Assembly (NCBI RefSeq): GCF_902713615.1 | Contig: NC_052151.1 | Coordinates: forward strand, 121,581,927 to 121,645,926 | Reading direction: 5' to 3' | DNA length: 64,000 nt | DNA from: Scyliorhinus canicula | Taxonomy: Eukaryota | Part shown: positions 24,428 to 38,396 of the stretch, piece after piece | Layout of the letters: each line of letters opens with the position of its first letter | How positions within the stretch are numbered: position 1 is the first letter of the stretch | The notes under the pieces: model-generated | Databases searched by the model: none | The model's input: the letters and a program-made list of their open reading frames with translations, nothing else | What the model was told of the DNA's origin: nothing | Translations under genes and position numbers: made by a program

Positions 24428-26973
24428 GAGAGGAGCGGACCTGGGCGGACACTGCGCTGCAGGTAGGACAGCTGCAAAATTGAAAAAAACCCGGTAAAGT
24501 GACATCACAGGAGACTGTGACCTGATTGGCTGAAAGGCAGACTCGGCTAGATTTGAATATTTGTGGAGTTACTAGTTTTAATTTGATTCAAATTACTATT
24601 TTTAAGTTGATTTGAATTACTATTTTAAAAAATTTTAAATCTCACTTAAATAACTATTTTGGATTGATTTAAATACAATTTAAAGGGCAGCACGGTAGCA
24701 CTGTGGATAGCACAATCGCTTCACAGCTCCAGGGTCCCAGGTTCAATTCCGGCTTGGGTCAATGTCTGTGCGGAGTCTACACATCCTCCCCGTGTGCGCG
24801 TGGGTTTCCTCCGCGCGCTCCGGTTTCCTCCCATAGTCCAAAGATGTGCAGGTTAGGTGGATTGACCATGATAAATTGCCCTTAGTGTCCAAAATTGCCC
24901 TTAGTGTTGGGTGGGGTTACTGGGTTATGTGGATAGGGTGGAGGTGTTGACCTCGGGTAGGCTGCTCTTTCCAAGAGCCGGTGCAGACTCGATGGGCCGA
25001 GTGGCCTCCTTCTGCACTGTAAATTCTATGAAATCACTATTTTTAAGTTGATTTAAATAACTTTTTAAATTTCAATTAAATAACTATTTAATTTGTTGTA
25101 AGATCAAGCAAGATAAATACTCATGGATAAAGCTAATTAATTAGTACACGGGGATTGGATTTAATCTGACACAAAAACAATTTTAAAGGTTTAATTTAAA
25201 GGAAAAATTCATGGCAGGACAGCCCCAAGGCATGGTCTGCTCCTCTTGCTCCATGTGGCAGGCTGGGGACAGTTTCAGTCCCTAGGGTCAGCATGTGTGC
25301 AGGAAGTGTCTTCAGTTACAGCTCCTGGAAGCTCAAGTTTCAGAGCTGGAGCGGCGGCTGGAGACACTGTGGAGCATCCGTAAGATGGAGAGCATTGGGA
25401 TAGCACGTATAGAGAGGTGGTCACACCGCAGGCTCAGGCTCCGCAGCAGGAAGGGAATGGGTGACCACCAGACAGAGCAAGAGAGCGAGGCAGGTAGTGC
25501 AGGAATCTCCTGTGGCCATTCCCCTGCAGAAAAGATATACCGCTTTGGATACTGTTGAGGGGAATGGCCTCTCAGGGCAAAAGAGCAACAGCCAAACCCG
25601 TGGCACCACGGTTGGTTCTGCTGCAGAGGGGAGGGGTGATAAGTGAGACAGTGCAATAGTTATCAGGGATTCAATTGTAAGGGGAATAGACAGGCGTTTC
25701 TCGCAAATGAGACTCCAGGATGGTATGTTGCCTCCCTGGTGCTAGGGCCAAGGATGTCTCGGAGAGGGTACAGGACATTCTGGAGGGAGAGGGTGAACAG
25801 CCAGTGGTCATGGTACACATCGGTACAAATGACATAGGTAAAAAAAGGGAGGAGGTCCTGAAAGCAGAATACAGGGATCTAGGAAGGAAGTTAAGAAATG
25901 GGACCTCAAAGGTAGTGATCTCAGGATTACTACCGGTGTCATGTGCTAGTCAGAGTAGAAATGACAGGATATATAGGATGAATACATGGCTGAACGGATG
26001 GTTTCAGGGGGAGGGCTTCAGATTCCTGGGGCATTGGGACCGGTTCTGGGGGAGGTGGGACCTGTACAAACTTGACGGGTTACACCTGGGCAGGACTATT
26101 TGCTAGAGCAGTTGGGGAGTGTTTAAACTAATGTGGCAGGGGGATGGGGAACGATGCAGGAAGTTGAAAGGTAGTAAAACAAGGGCAGAAACAAAAGGCA
26201 GTAAGGGGTAAAGTTTAAGGCAGAGAAGCCATAGTCAAAAATCAAAAAGGGTGACAGTACAAGGTACAGCGACTGAGGGGAGCTCAGGTGAATAGGCCCA
26301 GTAATACTAAAAGGAATAAAATGGTAAGTAAAAACATAAATGGAAAGCGATGCGGCAGGTTGTTACATGAAGATATGGGTTCAATGATAAGGAAAATTAG
26401 GAGAAACGTTTAGAGGAAAATTAACTGAGGAGAGGTTACGAATCAAGGTGTTAAGATTCAAAACAGAGGTACAAAAGCCAATATAAGTGTACTTCACCTG
26501 AATGCTCGTAGTATTCGGAATAAGGTAAATGAGTTGATGGCGCAAATTATCATGAATGATGATGATTTAGTGGTTAACTGGGAGTTAAATATCCAGGGGT
26601 ATCAAACTATTCGGAAGGTCAGAGTGGATAGTAAAGGAGGTGGTGTAGCTCTGTTATTTAAGAATGACATCCGGCAATAGCCTCAAAATAAGGCGAAGTA
26701 GATTTCGGACTGAGTTTAGGAAGAACATCTTCACCCAAAGGGTTGTGAATCTATGGAATTCCTTGCCCAGTGAAGCAGTTGAGGATCCTTCATTAAATGT
26801 TTTTAAGATAAAGATAGATAGTTTTTTGAAGAATAAAGGGATTAAGGGTTATGGTGTTCAGGCCGGAAAGTGGAGCTGAGTCCAAAAAAGATCAGCCATG
26901 ATCTCATTGAATGGCAGAGCAGGCTCGAGGGGCCAGGTGGCCTACTCCTGCTCCTAGTTCTTGTGTTCTTATG
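24428..26973 (+). mobile_element. Internally deleted CR1 (5'UTR + ORF1 + ORF2 start + 3' end) nested in L1
   Basis: ORF1 from 25211 with CxxC..CxxC/leucine zipper and SGNH-esterase motifs (HIGTND, DGLHL). ORF2 endonuclease start LNARSIRNK ~26500 joins at ~26670 to the CR1 3' end. Splits the L1 PRFLF|VFQCLP sequence. Confidence 0.85.
24684..25031 (+). mobile_element. HE1 V-SINE nested in the CR1 5'UTR
   Basis: Near-consensus full-length copy within an AT-rich minisatellite-like tract (aattactatttt units, ~24570-24680 and 25030-25095). Confidence 0.92.
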
Positions 26974-29900
26974 AACAGGAATCTCGGGAAGATCGTCATT
27001 TTAACCATCTTCACTTTCCCCGCAAGTGTCAGTGGGAGCGGATCCCACCTCCGGAACTCGACCCTCATTTGCTCTACCAACCGGGATAAGTTCAGCTTGT
27101 GCAGCCGACCCCAGTCCCATGCCACCTGTATCCCTAAGTATCTGAAACTGTCCCCTACCATCCTAAATGGCAGCCCCCTCAGCTGGACTACAAACAACTC
27201 ACTCTTTGCCATGTTCAGTTTGTACCCCGAGAACTGGCCAAATTCCCTCAAGATCCCCATGATTCCATCCATCCCAGCCACTGGATCTGTGATGTATAAG
27301 AGCAGGTCATCGGCATATAACAAACTCTGTGTCTCCCCCCCCCCCCCCCCCCCCCCCCCCCACCCCCATACCAGCCCCTTCCAACCCCTTGAAGCTCTCA
27401 GGGCAATTGCCAGTGGCTCTATTGACAGCGCAAACAGCAGTGGGAAGAGGGGACACCCCTGCCTTGTCCCTCAGTACAGTCTAAAATAGCTAGACGTCAT
27501 CCTATTCATCCTTACACTAGCCTCCGGAGCCTGGTGAGTCAGCCTCACCCAGTCGATAAAGCCCTCCCCAAACCAAAATCACCCCAACACCTCCCATAAG
27601 TTGTCCCACTCAACCCGGTCGAAAGCCTTTTCGGCATCCATTGCCAAAACTACCTCTACCTCCCTACTCTCCAGGTAAACTAGCTATATGCACACCCCTC
27701 ACCTGGCTTCCGTAGACCAGCTCACCCAGCTAGCCTGGTATCTCTCGACTCTGGCGCCAACAAGTCTCCCACCTATTGTTCCGTCTGACCCATCAACACC
27801 ACTTCCACAAACCAGTCATCCTCGAGCAATTGCCCTGTAAACAAAACAAGGAACAAAGAAAACCCCGACACTAGTGCAATTCAAGTAATATCAAATAAGT
27901 AATAGGCACTTTCAACCACCCCCATCAGGACGCAAAAGGCCCCCAGAACCAAATATCTTAACTTCTCTCTTCACCAACAAAAGCTCGAATACAGAAGAGA
28001 AAAAAACCCCCCAAAAAAACAAAAGGGAAACAAGAAAAACATATAAACATTACTCAATAACTCTTTAACTTAAGTCCAAAAGTCCTCAGTTCGGCACCAG
28101 CCCTTCTCTCTTGGCAAAGTCCATCGCGTCCTCGGGTTCCTCAAAATAATGGTGCTGTCCCTCATGCGTGACCCAAAGGCGCGCTGGGTATAGCAGCCCA
28201 AACTTCACCTGCTTCTTAAAAAAAATCTCTTTGACTTCCCTGTAGCCTGTCCTCCTTCTGGCCACCTCCACGCTCAGGTCCTGGTAGATGTGCAAGACTC
28301 TATTGTTCCAATTGCAGCTCTGCGATTGCTTGGCCCACTGTAGCACCCGCTCCTTGTCCAGGAACCTGTGGAACATGACCACCATCCCTCGGGGGCGGGG
28401 GGGGGGGGGGGGGGAGCCCTCACAGCTGCTTTGCCAGCACTCTGTGCACCTTGTCCACCTCCAACGGATGAGGGAAGACATCATTCCCCAACAATTTCTG
28501 GAACATGTCTGCCACATATGCGGCAGCATCCACTCCCTCAGCCCCCTCCGGGAGACCAACAATTCTGAAATTCTGCCGACGGGACCTATTTTCCAGGTCC
28601 TCCACCTTCTCAAGAAGCCTTTTTTATTGGTCTTTCAGTCTCCCCATATCCACCTCCACCACTGATGATCCTCCAGCGCCTTCTCCAGCTTCTGGATCGT
28701 CCGATCCTGGGCATCCAGTCTGTGTTCCAGGCGCTCGATGGATTTCTGGATCGGGTCTAAACTGCCCCATTTCAGCGCAGTGAAGGCCTCTTGGATGACC
28801 TTCAGGAGATGCTCCATTGTTGGCTGGGCTGTCTGCACCGGGGTCCGGACAGTGGCCATATTGTCCTCAGCAGTAGCCTCCACACTGCCCTTGCTTGCCC
28901 ACTTCTTCAACTGTTTACAAGTCTTTCTGCTTCTTAATTCCGTACGCCTATATCTGGAGTCAGTGCCTGAGTGCCTATGCCTTCAGATCCAATGCTCCAT
29001 AGCACAAAAAAGTCAGGGGAAAGGTCCAAATGTCCGACCGGAGCGAGAGCCACCAAATGTGCGACTTATTCCCTCATAGCTGCCACCGGAATTCATCTTG
29101 AGAGGTCTTAACAAGGTGGATGTAGAGAGGATGTTTCCTCTTGGGAAGAATCTAGAAGTTGGAGTCACTGTTTAAAAGTAAGGGGTCACCCAATATAGAG
29201 AAAGATGAGATTTTTTTTTTTCCCGAGCTTGTGAGGCTCTGGTATTCACCTTCTCAAAGAACGGTGGAAGCAGAGCCTTTGAATAGTTTTAAACCAGAGC
29301 TCGGTAGAATCTTGATAAACAAGGGAAAGGTCATCAGAGGTAGGTGGGAATATGCTTTTGAGGTTGCAATCAGATCTGCCATGATTTTACTAAATGGCAG
29401 ACAAAGCTTGAGGGGGCCACTCTGCTCCTAATTCATATGTTTAATTTGAAAATAAATAAATAAACTACAAGAGTTTATAGGCTAACATGTTACCTGGGGC
29501 TGAGAGGCATGTGTAAGCTGTCACCTGAATTATTTTCTTTTCCACAAATATTTCCATTAAGCTTTAATTAATTTCAATATTAACACAAGTATTTTAGTTA
29601 AATAACATAGCAATTATTTACGTTAGAAAACAAAATGCTAATGAATTTTGAATTTCACTTTCTGGAGATTATTGTTGTGGAATATATTACATTCAATGGT
29701 TCTGAAGCAGTGCTAATTATTGTAGAGTCCAGACACACAGTCAAAGGCAAATGATCATTTAGCAGTTTACTTTAGCTGAACTACAGGCAGATTTTACTCA
29801 CCTTTGTTCTACTCTCCTTGACTGCACTCTGATATTATTACCCTGTGCTGAAAATTAGGCAATAAATATTCAAGTTATCTGGATAGATTTAACTTTCCAA

Positions 29901-30479
29901 CATAGCAACTCAACTTTCAACTGGTTTTGAAGCTGCACTTGTGCCAATAGGCTGGCAAGGCGTCGTCATCTTGAAACTGCAAGTGGAGAGCAAGTTGGAG
30001 GCATGGATACTGTTGGTGAATCCAACATGGACAGCCTTGGTAGATAATAAAATTTACTCCAAAATCCAAACAGCACTAATCAGTAGGTGCATGTGCACGA
30101 GAGTGCACTGAGCCAAATTTTGCACACTCCAGAAGTTGTGATCACAGTTTTACAGGTTGCAGCTCACATGGTTTGCCAGTGCAGTCGGCAGAGACAGTGG
30201 TCTGGAGTTGTGATATCCACCTCCCATGGCAAGCCCAAGGCAGAGATGGAGGTGGACTGATGCAGAGTTGGCGAGGATAAAAGGCACATGCCCATTCACA
30301 AAGGCATCCGTCCCGTTTCTGGAGATCAGTGTGGAACTTCCCTACCCCCTCAAGCTCCTCCCAACTCACTCACTGAGTATCCACTATAAAGAGAACTGAT
30401 GAGCCCTTTCATAAAACTTGGACATCTTTGAGAATCCATTAGTCATTGATGGACAAGCACACAGCACAAACTGGGGACT

Positions 30480-30880
30480 CCACAGAATTTTACAGCACAG
30501 ATTCAGGTCTTTTGTCCAGACAGTCTATGCTGCAGACCTTACCTCCTCCCACCTTACTTCTAACCCTGTCAACATACCCAATTATTTTCCCTCTCATGTG
30601 CATATTTAGCTTCCCCTTCGATGCATCTATGCTGTTCACTTTAACCACTCCTTGTGATAAAGTGGTGAGAATATTGAATCTGATACGTAAATATTTCTCT
30701 TGGATTTAAGAGCGACTGTATTACGTTTATGACCTCTCATTTTGGACTTCTTCATTTGTGAAAACATATTCTCGAGTTCTAAACTTTTAAAACCTTCATA
30801 AACTTGCAAGATCTTTATCAGAAGACCCTTCAGCCACATTTGTTGAGATAAAAAACCTCCGTCTGTTCACTCATTACTTG
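30480..30880 (-). mobile_element. Degraded CR1 3' fragment
   Basis: Antisense MRGHK/IFSP-like remnants and CR1 tail. Confidence 0.55.
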
Positions 30881-30911
30881 GACTCTCAGTTCTAGTGTCA
30901 TCGTTGTCGTG

Positions 30912-31514
30912 CAGGCATTATCAAAGTCAAGGGCGCGACCCACGGGCTGGTGTCGTTGCCGTCTATCGCGGCGCACCCGATCACGCAAATCTGCGACATT
31001 CCATAACATAGTGCCTGCAGGTCGTATTTGGAAGCATTAACAATTAACTGCTTTTTAAGTGTCTTTTTATTTACATTTGTAATTGTAATGTTCAGGTGAA
31101 ATGTGGTGAACCTCCAATTTCTAGAGGATGAAAACATTTTAAGTTTCTGCATTTTTTCCTGTAAAATGTTATCAAATAAAAACCCCTCCTGAACATGTAA
31201 AACAAAAAGCCAGCTGCTGCGGCTGTTGCCTGCGAATTTTCACAATTGGAGACGCAGAAAATAAAAAATTCTATGTAATCTTCCTGCCTGAAGGGAGGCA
31301 GGGAGCAGGCCACGCCCCCCCCCTTCCCCCTCCCCCCCCCCCTCCTTTGGGCACGATTGCGATTCCTTAATTTTGTCAGCAGCAAACAAGGTAAGAGAAA
31401 ATGTGGGTCGTGAAGGTTGGCCGCCGTGCGTCACGCAGGTCGGCCGGCGTGGGTCCCGAAGGTTGGCCGGTTGGTAAAAATGGGTCCCCTGGAAAAAAAG
31501 GTTGAAACATACTG
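30912..31514. mobile_element. Non-autonomous hAT-like DNA transposon (~600 bp)
   Basis: Ends CAGgcattatCAA...gcGACCC and GGGTCCcc...aggTTGaaacataCTG; 8-bp flanks ttgtcgtg / ttggagtg (6/8 match). Confidence 0.6.
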
Positions 31515-33769
31515 TTGGAGTGCACTTTATCCAGTACTTCCATATTTGTTTTGTAGCACTAGAACTGTAAACAGTACTCCAAAACTTGATTTAACCAAGA
31601 TACAGTACCTGTTTACTGCAATTTCACTGCTTTTGAATTCTCCTCTGGGTGGGTCCGCGGGTGGGTAGTGGGCCGGTGTCAGGAAGGTCACGGGGGGAAT
31701 CGGTCGCCCGATCACAGGAAAGTAGTGCCCAACAACCGTGACCAGCTTTCAAAAATGCCGGCCGTGACTGGCTATCAAAATGTCGGCCGTCATGTCACTG
31801 CTCTAGAAAATGAACTCCAGTCCTTTCTTTGCACTTAGTTTTGCTGTGTTGTTACTTCTATTGATCTGTGAATCTGTATACCTCGAACCGATTGTGCTGT
31901 TACCATATTTAGACTTGCTGGGCTAGATTTCCACCAGAGATGGCATTTTCCCAATGTCATAATGCCACCTCTTTTCTAGTAATACCCACCAGTAGGACTT
32001 TCATCCGGCTGGGATGGTGGCCTGGAGTTGCACCATCCATCTTTCATGGCAAGTGCAAGGCAGACCAATGTAGAGGCAGCCAAGCTAAAAAGCACATGTT
32101 CATTCTCAAACTTATCCATCCAGTTCTGAAGATCAGTGTGGAGGACCCCACACTCAGATTATCCATTATAAACAGAACTTGGAAGTCTTTGAAAAGCTGT
32201 GTAAATAAACCCTGCTCAGCAGAATTCATTAGTGGGTTAAAAAACAGCCAAGCAATTAAACTGACATTCCTCTGAGCTGTAAAAAAGACACATCCCAAAC
32301 AGAATCCCACCCGTTGAAGGCAGCCAAAAGGTCAGACATCTCTCAAAACTTTGAAACAGCCAAACAGCTGGTTGAAACAAACTTCAAGGAAAAAAATCAG
32401 CTCTGGATTTCAAACTGGGCTAGACTTTCAATATTCTACAAAGCAGTTACACTTGATCGATTTCATCCAACCTAATGCATTTGAAGACAGTTCCACTTCC
32501 ACAATGCTATTACTGTATTTCCTTTGACAGTTCGCCAGATGTTGGAACTAAATCTGGCAGTCTCATTATTTAATGGTCACTTACTTTGCTTTGTCATCAC
32601 TCACTTCACTCACATCACTCACTTCAGTTCGAACAGATACAACTTAGACTACCATATTTCAAAATAGTATGCAAAGTAACACCTTTTGTATTGAGTTTTA
32701 ATTCAGTTCTCATCTCCAAAATATGGTTCGCAACACCACTCTATTGAGTGATTTATGTCGTCTACTAAAGTCTGCCTGCCTTCAGCAAATGGCAAAAGTT
32801 ACAAATTGACCACATTCGAATGGTGCCAACAAGATAGCAGTCTGCGGGCTTCCACCTTTTCCCTCACCAATGAAAATTGCCAGCATAGGAAGTGGAGTCA
32901 GGAATCCCAACTCTGAGCTTTGGCCACCATTTTAAAAAGCTTTCCTGGCATACTTCAGCCCTGCAACAGGACATTCTCATCGGCAGTCTTCTCATCATAT
33001 CAAAGAGCATCATTTCCCATTTACCTATGTTGATAATAATTTGCAATTTACATGCCCATACTTCAATTTTGTTACCATCTTGTATTTTGCCTTAGTAATC
33101 TTCAGTATAAATATAGCCCTCTGTAAGAAAGGAAGAATGGGCCAGAATGAATATATCACATTGTCTGGCATAATAAATTCCTAGCAATTTATGGTGACAA
33201 AGTGATAACACTTCCAGTTGTGAAACTGCTGCACCATTAGCCTCACAAAAAAAGATCATTAATGGCCCAGAGTTCAAAAACTGCTGGATTTGCATTAGAA
33301 ACATAAATTAGGCTTCCAGAAAGTTAGGCAATAAAAGGGACATGTTAATGATGACATTTATGTCCCTGCAATGTGATTGAAGCTTTGATATCTAGAAAGA
33401 ACTACAACTGTGAAATTTCACTCCAGCAGGTAATAAATCATTCCGAGAGACTTTAAAAGTAATGAAAAAAGTTTTTATTTTTCTGAATCCAATTTTTCTT
33501 ACTCTTGGTGTCAAGTTTGACATGGATTCACCTTATTTCCTTCTTCATTAGTAACTGTTTTGTTCTCTATCCTAAGGTTTAGTAACCAACTAAAGAACCA
33601 GACTGTTGGGTCATGTCATTCAGCAAGGTCCCAGTTGTCCTGTTGACCTCGCAGCAACATAATCAGCTTGCATTTCCAGCAGCTGTAGTACAAAAATAAC
33701 TAGAGCACAAGGGAGAGACGGGAATAATAAAGATGCAAACATAGCACTCAGACGCGAGGGCCATTAACT

Positions 33770-34885
33770 CCAACCTGTAGCAAGACATGGCCATTCAGGC
33801 TTGAGCTGATATGTGTGAAGTAACATGGATGCCATACAACTGCGAAACAATGACCTTCTCCAAAAATAGAACATTTACCCATCGCCCCTTGATGTTCCAT
33901 GGCATTTAACATGGCGGAGTCCCCCTAAAAATCTTGGGGATCACCATTGATAAATACTCTGGCTGCAAGAGCAGGTCAGAGATTGGGAATTTTGCAGCAG
34001 CTATCTTATCATTTGACTCTCCAAAGCCTGTCCACAATGTACAAGGCACAAGTCAAGAGTAATAGAATGCACTCTACTTGCCTGGAGGATTCCAGCTCCA
34101 ACACTCAAGAAGCTCAACACCATCCAAGACAAAGCAGCCCCCTTGATTTGCATCCCATGTGCTTCCCGTACCTGCCTCCCCGAACAGGCACCAGAATGTG
34201 GCGACTAGGGGCTTTTCACAGTAAATTCATTTGAAGCCTACTTGTGACAGTAAGTGATTTTCATTTTCATTTCAGTTTAAACATGGACTTCCTCACACTA
34301 GCAAGCACTGGCAGCAGTGTCTACCATTTGCAAGACACACTGTACCAACTCATCAAACATGGAAAAAAGAGTAGGCCATTAAGCCCTTTGAGCCTGCTCT
34401 GCCATTCATTATGATCATGGCTGATAATCCAACTGAACAGCCTGTTCTCCCCATACCCATTGACCACTTTCGTCCCAAGTGCTATATCTAATTCCTTCTT
34501 GAAAATTGAAAAACATTTCTCCTCATCTGAAGTCCTAAATGGTCTACCCTGTATCCTCAGACTGTGGCCCCTGGTTCTGGACTCCCCCTCCAATCGGGCT
34601 TCTTGCATCTACCCTGTCTAGTCGGTTAGAATTTCATAGGTTTCAAGGCGATTCCCCTCATTCTTCTGAACTCCAGGGAATATAATCTTAACTGACTCAA
34701 TTTCACCTCATATTATCGCTGTTCCTACACTGTTGCTGGATCAAAATCCTGGAAATCCAACCCCAAAAGGACTAGACATACCAACACTCAATAACTTCAT
34801 CAGTTCAAGATGTCATATAACCACCTTCTCAAGGGCAATTAAATTTAGATAATAAATGCTAATCCTGCCAGCGACACCTACATCT
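33770..34885 (+). mobile_element. CR1/L2-group LINE 3' portion with nested SINE tail and antisense CR1 fragment (34355-34710)
   Basis: INTLAARAGQRLGIL...YKAQV and same tail as the 6870-8180 element. Confidence 0.75.
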
Positions 34886-34887
34886 CG

Positions 34888-35629
34888 TGATACAAACCCC
34901 ACTTGACCTGGAGCCTCAAAACAACTCAAATAACAAATAATTCTGAGAAAATACTCAAAGTCTTTGGTCTACAGCTGCCCAATAACTCGTCACCAGGTTG
35001 GTAAATTTAAAACACAATTACATTTTTATTAATAACTAATTAAATGCGCAGCAAATACAACTGGTTAATTATCTAACACCTACCCCCCTTCTCTTTAACT
35101 CGCTCCACCCTCTACACACACAAAGACAAACACAGAGGGGAAAGAGGGGTGTAAAATAACGATGAAAGTAGAAGAGTCTTTGTTTCAGATGGACATCTTC
35201 CAGTACATCTTTCTTCAATCTAGGCCTTCAGTTGGAGGTTTTGTTTTCAGTCTGTAGTGGTTTTCACTGCAGATTCATCTGGATCAAGACTTCTCTGCAG
35301 TATTTCTGGAGAAGGAGACAGGCAGTCACAGCTGCTGTTCCTCACTGTTCAGGATCTGACTGTCCATTCTTTGGTTCTCTGAAAATCACCCCACCCAGGT
35401 AGGACCCAATTGCTGCCGGTCTCTGGCAGTATACAGCCTTTGGCCAATTCATTGGCCACCAGTCAGCCAATTGAACCAAATCCTTCCAATCTCTCAGGGC
35501 CAAAAAGTCTGAGTTCTTCTGTTCAGAAGAAACTTATGAGTTCCTCACTTCTCTGCTTGACGTAAAGGTATATGTCCATTAAATATCCATGGATCAAAAT
35601 GGTAACCAATCAACAGTAAGGCCATTACA
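34888..35629 (-). mobile_element. Putative solo LTR
   Basis: Interrupts the LINE tail (cacctacatctc|...|catgaatgaataaa); ends in TACA; minus-strand AATAAA ~35025 and CCAAT motifs ~35445-35470. Left TG and TSD are degenerate. Confidence 0.45.
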
Positions 35630-36959
35630 CATGAATGAATAAACAAAAAAATAGGATCTTCCAGCTGCTGTCTGCCAGTTTCCCCAACAGTAGAAAACCA
35701 GAGGTGCTGGGTGCTTTTTTAAATTCACCCATCTTTTGCATTTGTTAGTGTTCCACGATTGGTCTAGATTGATGAATTTGTGAAATTTTTTAATTAGGAA
35801 AACCAGAGTAATGTTTCAAGGCATTTTATGGCCTATGGGGAGACACCAGAATTCTGTTTGCATGCATGTTTGCTGCAGGGGAAGGTCCTTCTACACCTGG
35901 CATGTCAAGTCATCGACCTCCTTACTGTCAGTATTGTGAAATCCATCCAGCAAAACAGAGTGAATAAATTCTAAAGCAGCAGTAACCAAGAGTATTGGAG
36001 AACTGTTTTCTCCACCTAAAAGTGATAATGGGCAGAATTTATCATTGGTTCAGATATTTGACTGCCATTTATATACTAATGAAAATATCAATCCTTTCAC
36101 AATTGCAGCCAATTGCAATTGTACAAACAACATTAACACAATACAAAGTCTGACATTGTACTTCTCACCATTACTTATTTAGTAGTTATGCTAAATTTGC
36201 AAAACAATATGAAGGTTAACTCGCATAATCAAAGATGTTATTTTCTTGAAACTGTGGTCTTGCAGTAAATGAATGCACAAACAAAAAAGATGTACATGTC
36301 AATGCAGCAACTACATTACAAGCACATTAATACCTTTCAATGATGGCCACCTTTAAAGTGGTAAATTCAACACACAGATGTGTTTACAATGAATCCCGAA
36401 TTAAGAGGTCGCTGTAGAACGTCATCAGACTAAATACTCAAGAGTGGCTTTAGGTGCATCTGTTGATGGCAAACTTGAAAAGCTGAATTTGATGTCCTGA
36501 GAGTTCTTGAGAACAGTGACTATAAGGAGTGCTACTTTAATCAAGGTACAACTACTCCTTTGCAAATCATTATGCGCCACTGCCCTCGAGGATACCAATG
36601 GGCAATACTACACCCCAAATAATTTAAAGCCCTAGTTAAAAACTGGATGCTTAAAGACAACTTCATTGTTTAAGTCATAAAGGTGGCATGTAGAACAGGT
36701 TGCTCAATTAAACCTGTGGTTTGGGATCTCCCTGAACAAATAGAGACACAAACATTTCAGAAATGGATCTTTAGGTTGAACCTATTTTGAATGATCTCAA
36801 TAAAGAAGAGAAAGCAAGATGTTTCCATGAAATTAGACATACAATGCACTGATTCAAATGTTGCATTTCTCAATGAATTTGAAGATTCAAAAGATTGAGA
36901 AAAACAGGAACAGAATCATTACTTTTTTTTTAAGATGCTCCGAACAAATAATGTATTCT

Positions 36960-37050
36960 AGACTGTGCAACAAACTCCAAAAGTAACAAAATCATGGCAA
37001 ATAAGGTCTGTTACAAAACTTTAATTAATGTCATCAATTTTGTACAGGTG
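36960..37050 (-). terminator. Putative ZNF512 polyadenylation site
   Basis: On the minus strand: TGTA (37043-37046), ATTAAA (37020-37025), then a GT/T-rich downstream element (ttttgttacttttggagtttgttg). Implies a ~5.3 kb 3'UTR. Other AATAAA sites exist (e.g. 37316-37321). Confidence 0.4.
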
Positions 37051-38396
37051 TTATATGGTACGTGACCGCTGTTTAACAAATAATTAACTGGACTAGGCCT
37101 AGAAATTCTAACAAAAAAAAAACTGAGACGAATACTGAAAGAAGTTCAAAATGTGAGAATCCCCATCCAAGCAAATACAATGGAGCATGGCTGTTTGGGA
37201 AGGGGAACATCATTGTTATATTGAACCTTAAACGAGGTGAGGCAATGTCACAGATTTTGCCAGACAGAATTATTAAGTGAACAAAGTTTTTAAAACTTCA
37301 TGTTAGGCCTACTTGTTTATTTCATTCACTACTGTAATTCAGAGGATATAAACAGTATCATAAACATTTAAACAAACGTGTGTAGCGACATACAAATAGT
37401 TGATCATTGTATTCAGGTTTTCTGCACCAATTTAAATACTGATTTGCATACATAAAATACACGTTTCTCTTATTAAAAAAAAAGACCTAATACATCAAAA
37501 CGGTGTAATCTCCTAATGAGTTGCATAACCACAGATCTGGGCAACTACATCTTTCTCTTGCACCCCACGAAAGAGCTAAACACAAATATTGACTTTGTGG
37601 AGAATTTACATAACAAGATTTTTGTATATACGCATCGCATCAGCATAGTACATTTCTTTACCTCCACATCTTGGCCCAAACTCCCACAAGAAGTCTTTGA
37701 AAAAAAAAACACATTTCTCCATATAGGAGACATCTGAAGTTCAGGGAATTGCAGGTGAAGAGCTTTTTATATATGTGCAGTAAGATATCAAAAATGTTGG
37801 AAAATTCACAGGTCCGGCAACATGTAAAAAAATAAACTTCATAGAAACCCTTGTTTAAAGGGTCCTTATTCAAAACAGTAACATTACTTTTCACATGTTA
37901 ATTGACTTGTTCCAAATTTCCAGCACTTTGTCGTACTCTCAACTATTATAACATTTCTCCTTTGTTTGTTTATTTCATAGTAAAACAATAAACCCCTCAA
38001 ATTTACTACAGGAAACCAGTAATAAATACCTGTAATTGCTTCCTCTGTATTTTTACTTATTTACATTGAATGAGTTAATACCCAATGTTGAAAGTGAACA
38101 ATATGAATTTTCGATGAGCGCATTAAGTGCTGATGTCCCACTGAGAATCCCAGAGCCTAAAAGTTTTATGTCATTCAATTTTTCAGATGGTTTATTGTAA
38201 GGGAAGAGTTCTCAAAGTGTAAGTACTTGACAGTGTTTGTCATCAAAGTACAAATTTGGCTCAATCAATGTATTTACTTGCTGCAACTCATTAACAATGA
38301 ACACAATAAGATTTGATAGAAAATACTGCTCATTTCCTAATTTGACTTGTGAAGTTAGTTGGCTGTAATTGTAAGAAATTCAACACTAAAAATGTT

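Larger units (their letters stand above)
23068..29094 (-). mobile_element. L1-clade LINE with both ends, internally deleted and decayed; 15-bp TSD
   Basis: TSD atcttgagaggtctt at 23053-23067 and 29095-29109. ORF1 remnants 28086-28910 (DLENRSRRQNFRIVGLPEG, YQDLS, YPARL); RT DAEKAFD, QGCPLFPLLF, LYADD (27.0-27.65k); C-terminal HMFWACP; AATAAA and poly(A) at 23.07-23.09k. Confidence 0.92.
18790..29440 (+). mobile_element. Old CR1 LINE ORF2, fragmented by nested insertions
   Basis: Colinear pieces: HNMIEF...KGNYEDMKAEL (18.8k), NxxPVS (20.44k, resumes 21.9k), SQHGF...SCLTN, DKVPHQRLL (22.1k), KFA (22.56k), C-terminus and tail (29.1-29.44k). Confidence 0.85.
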
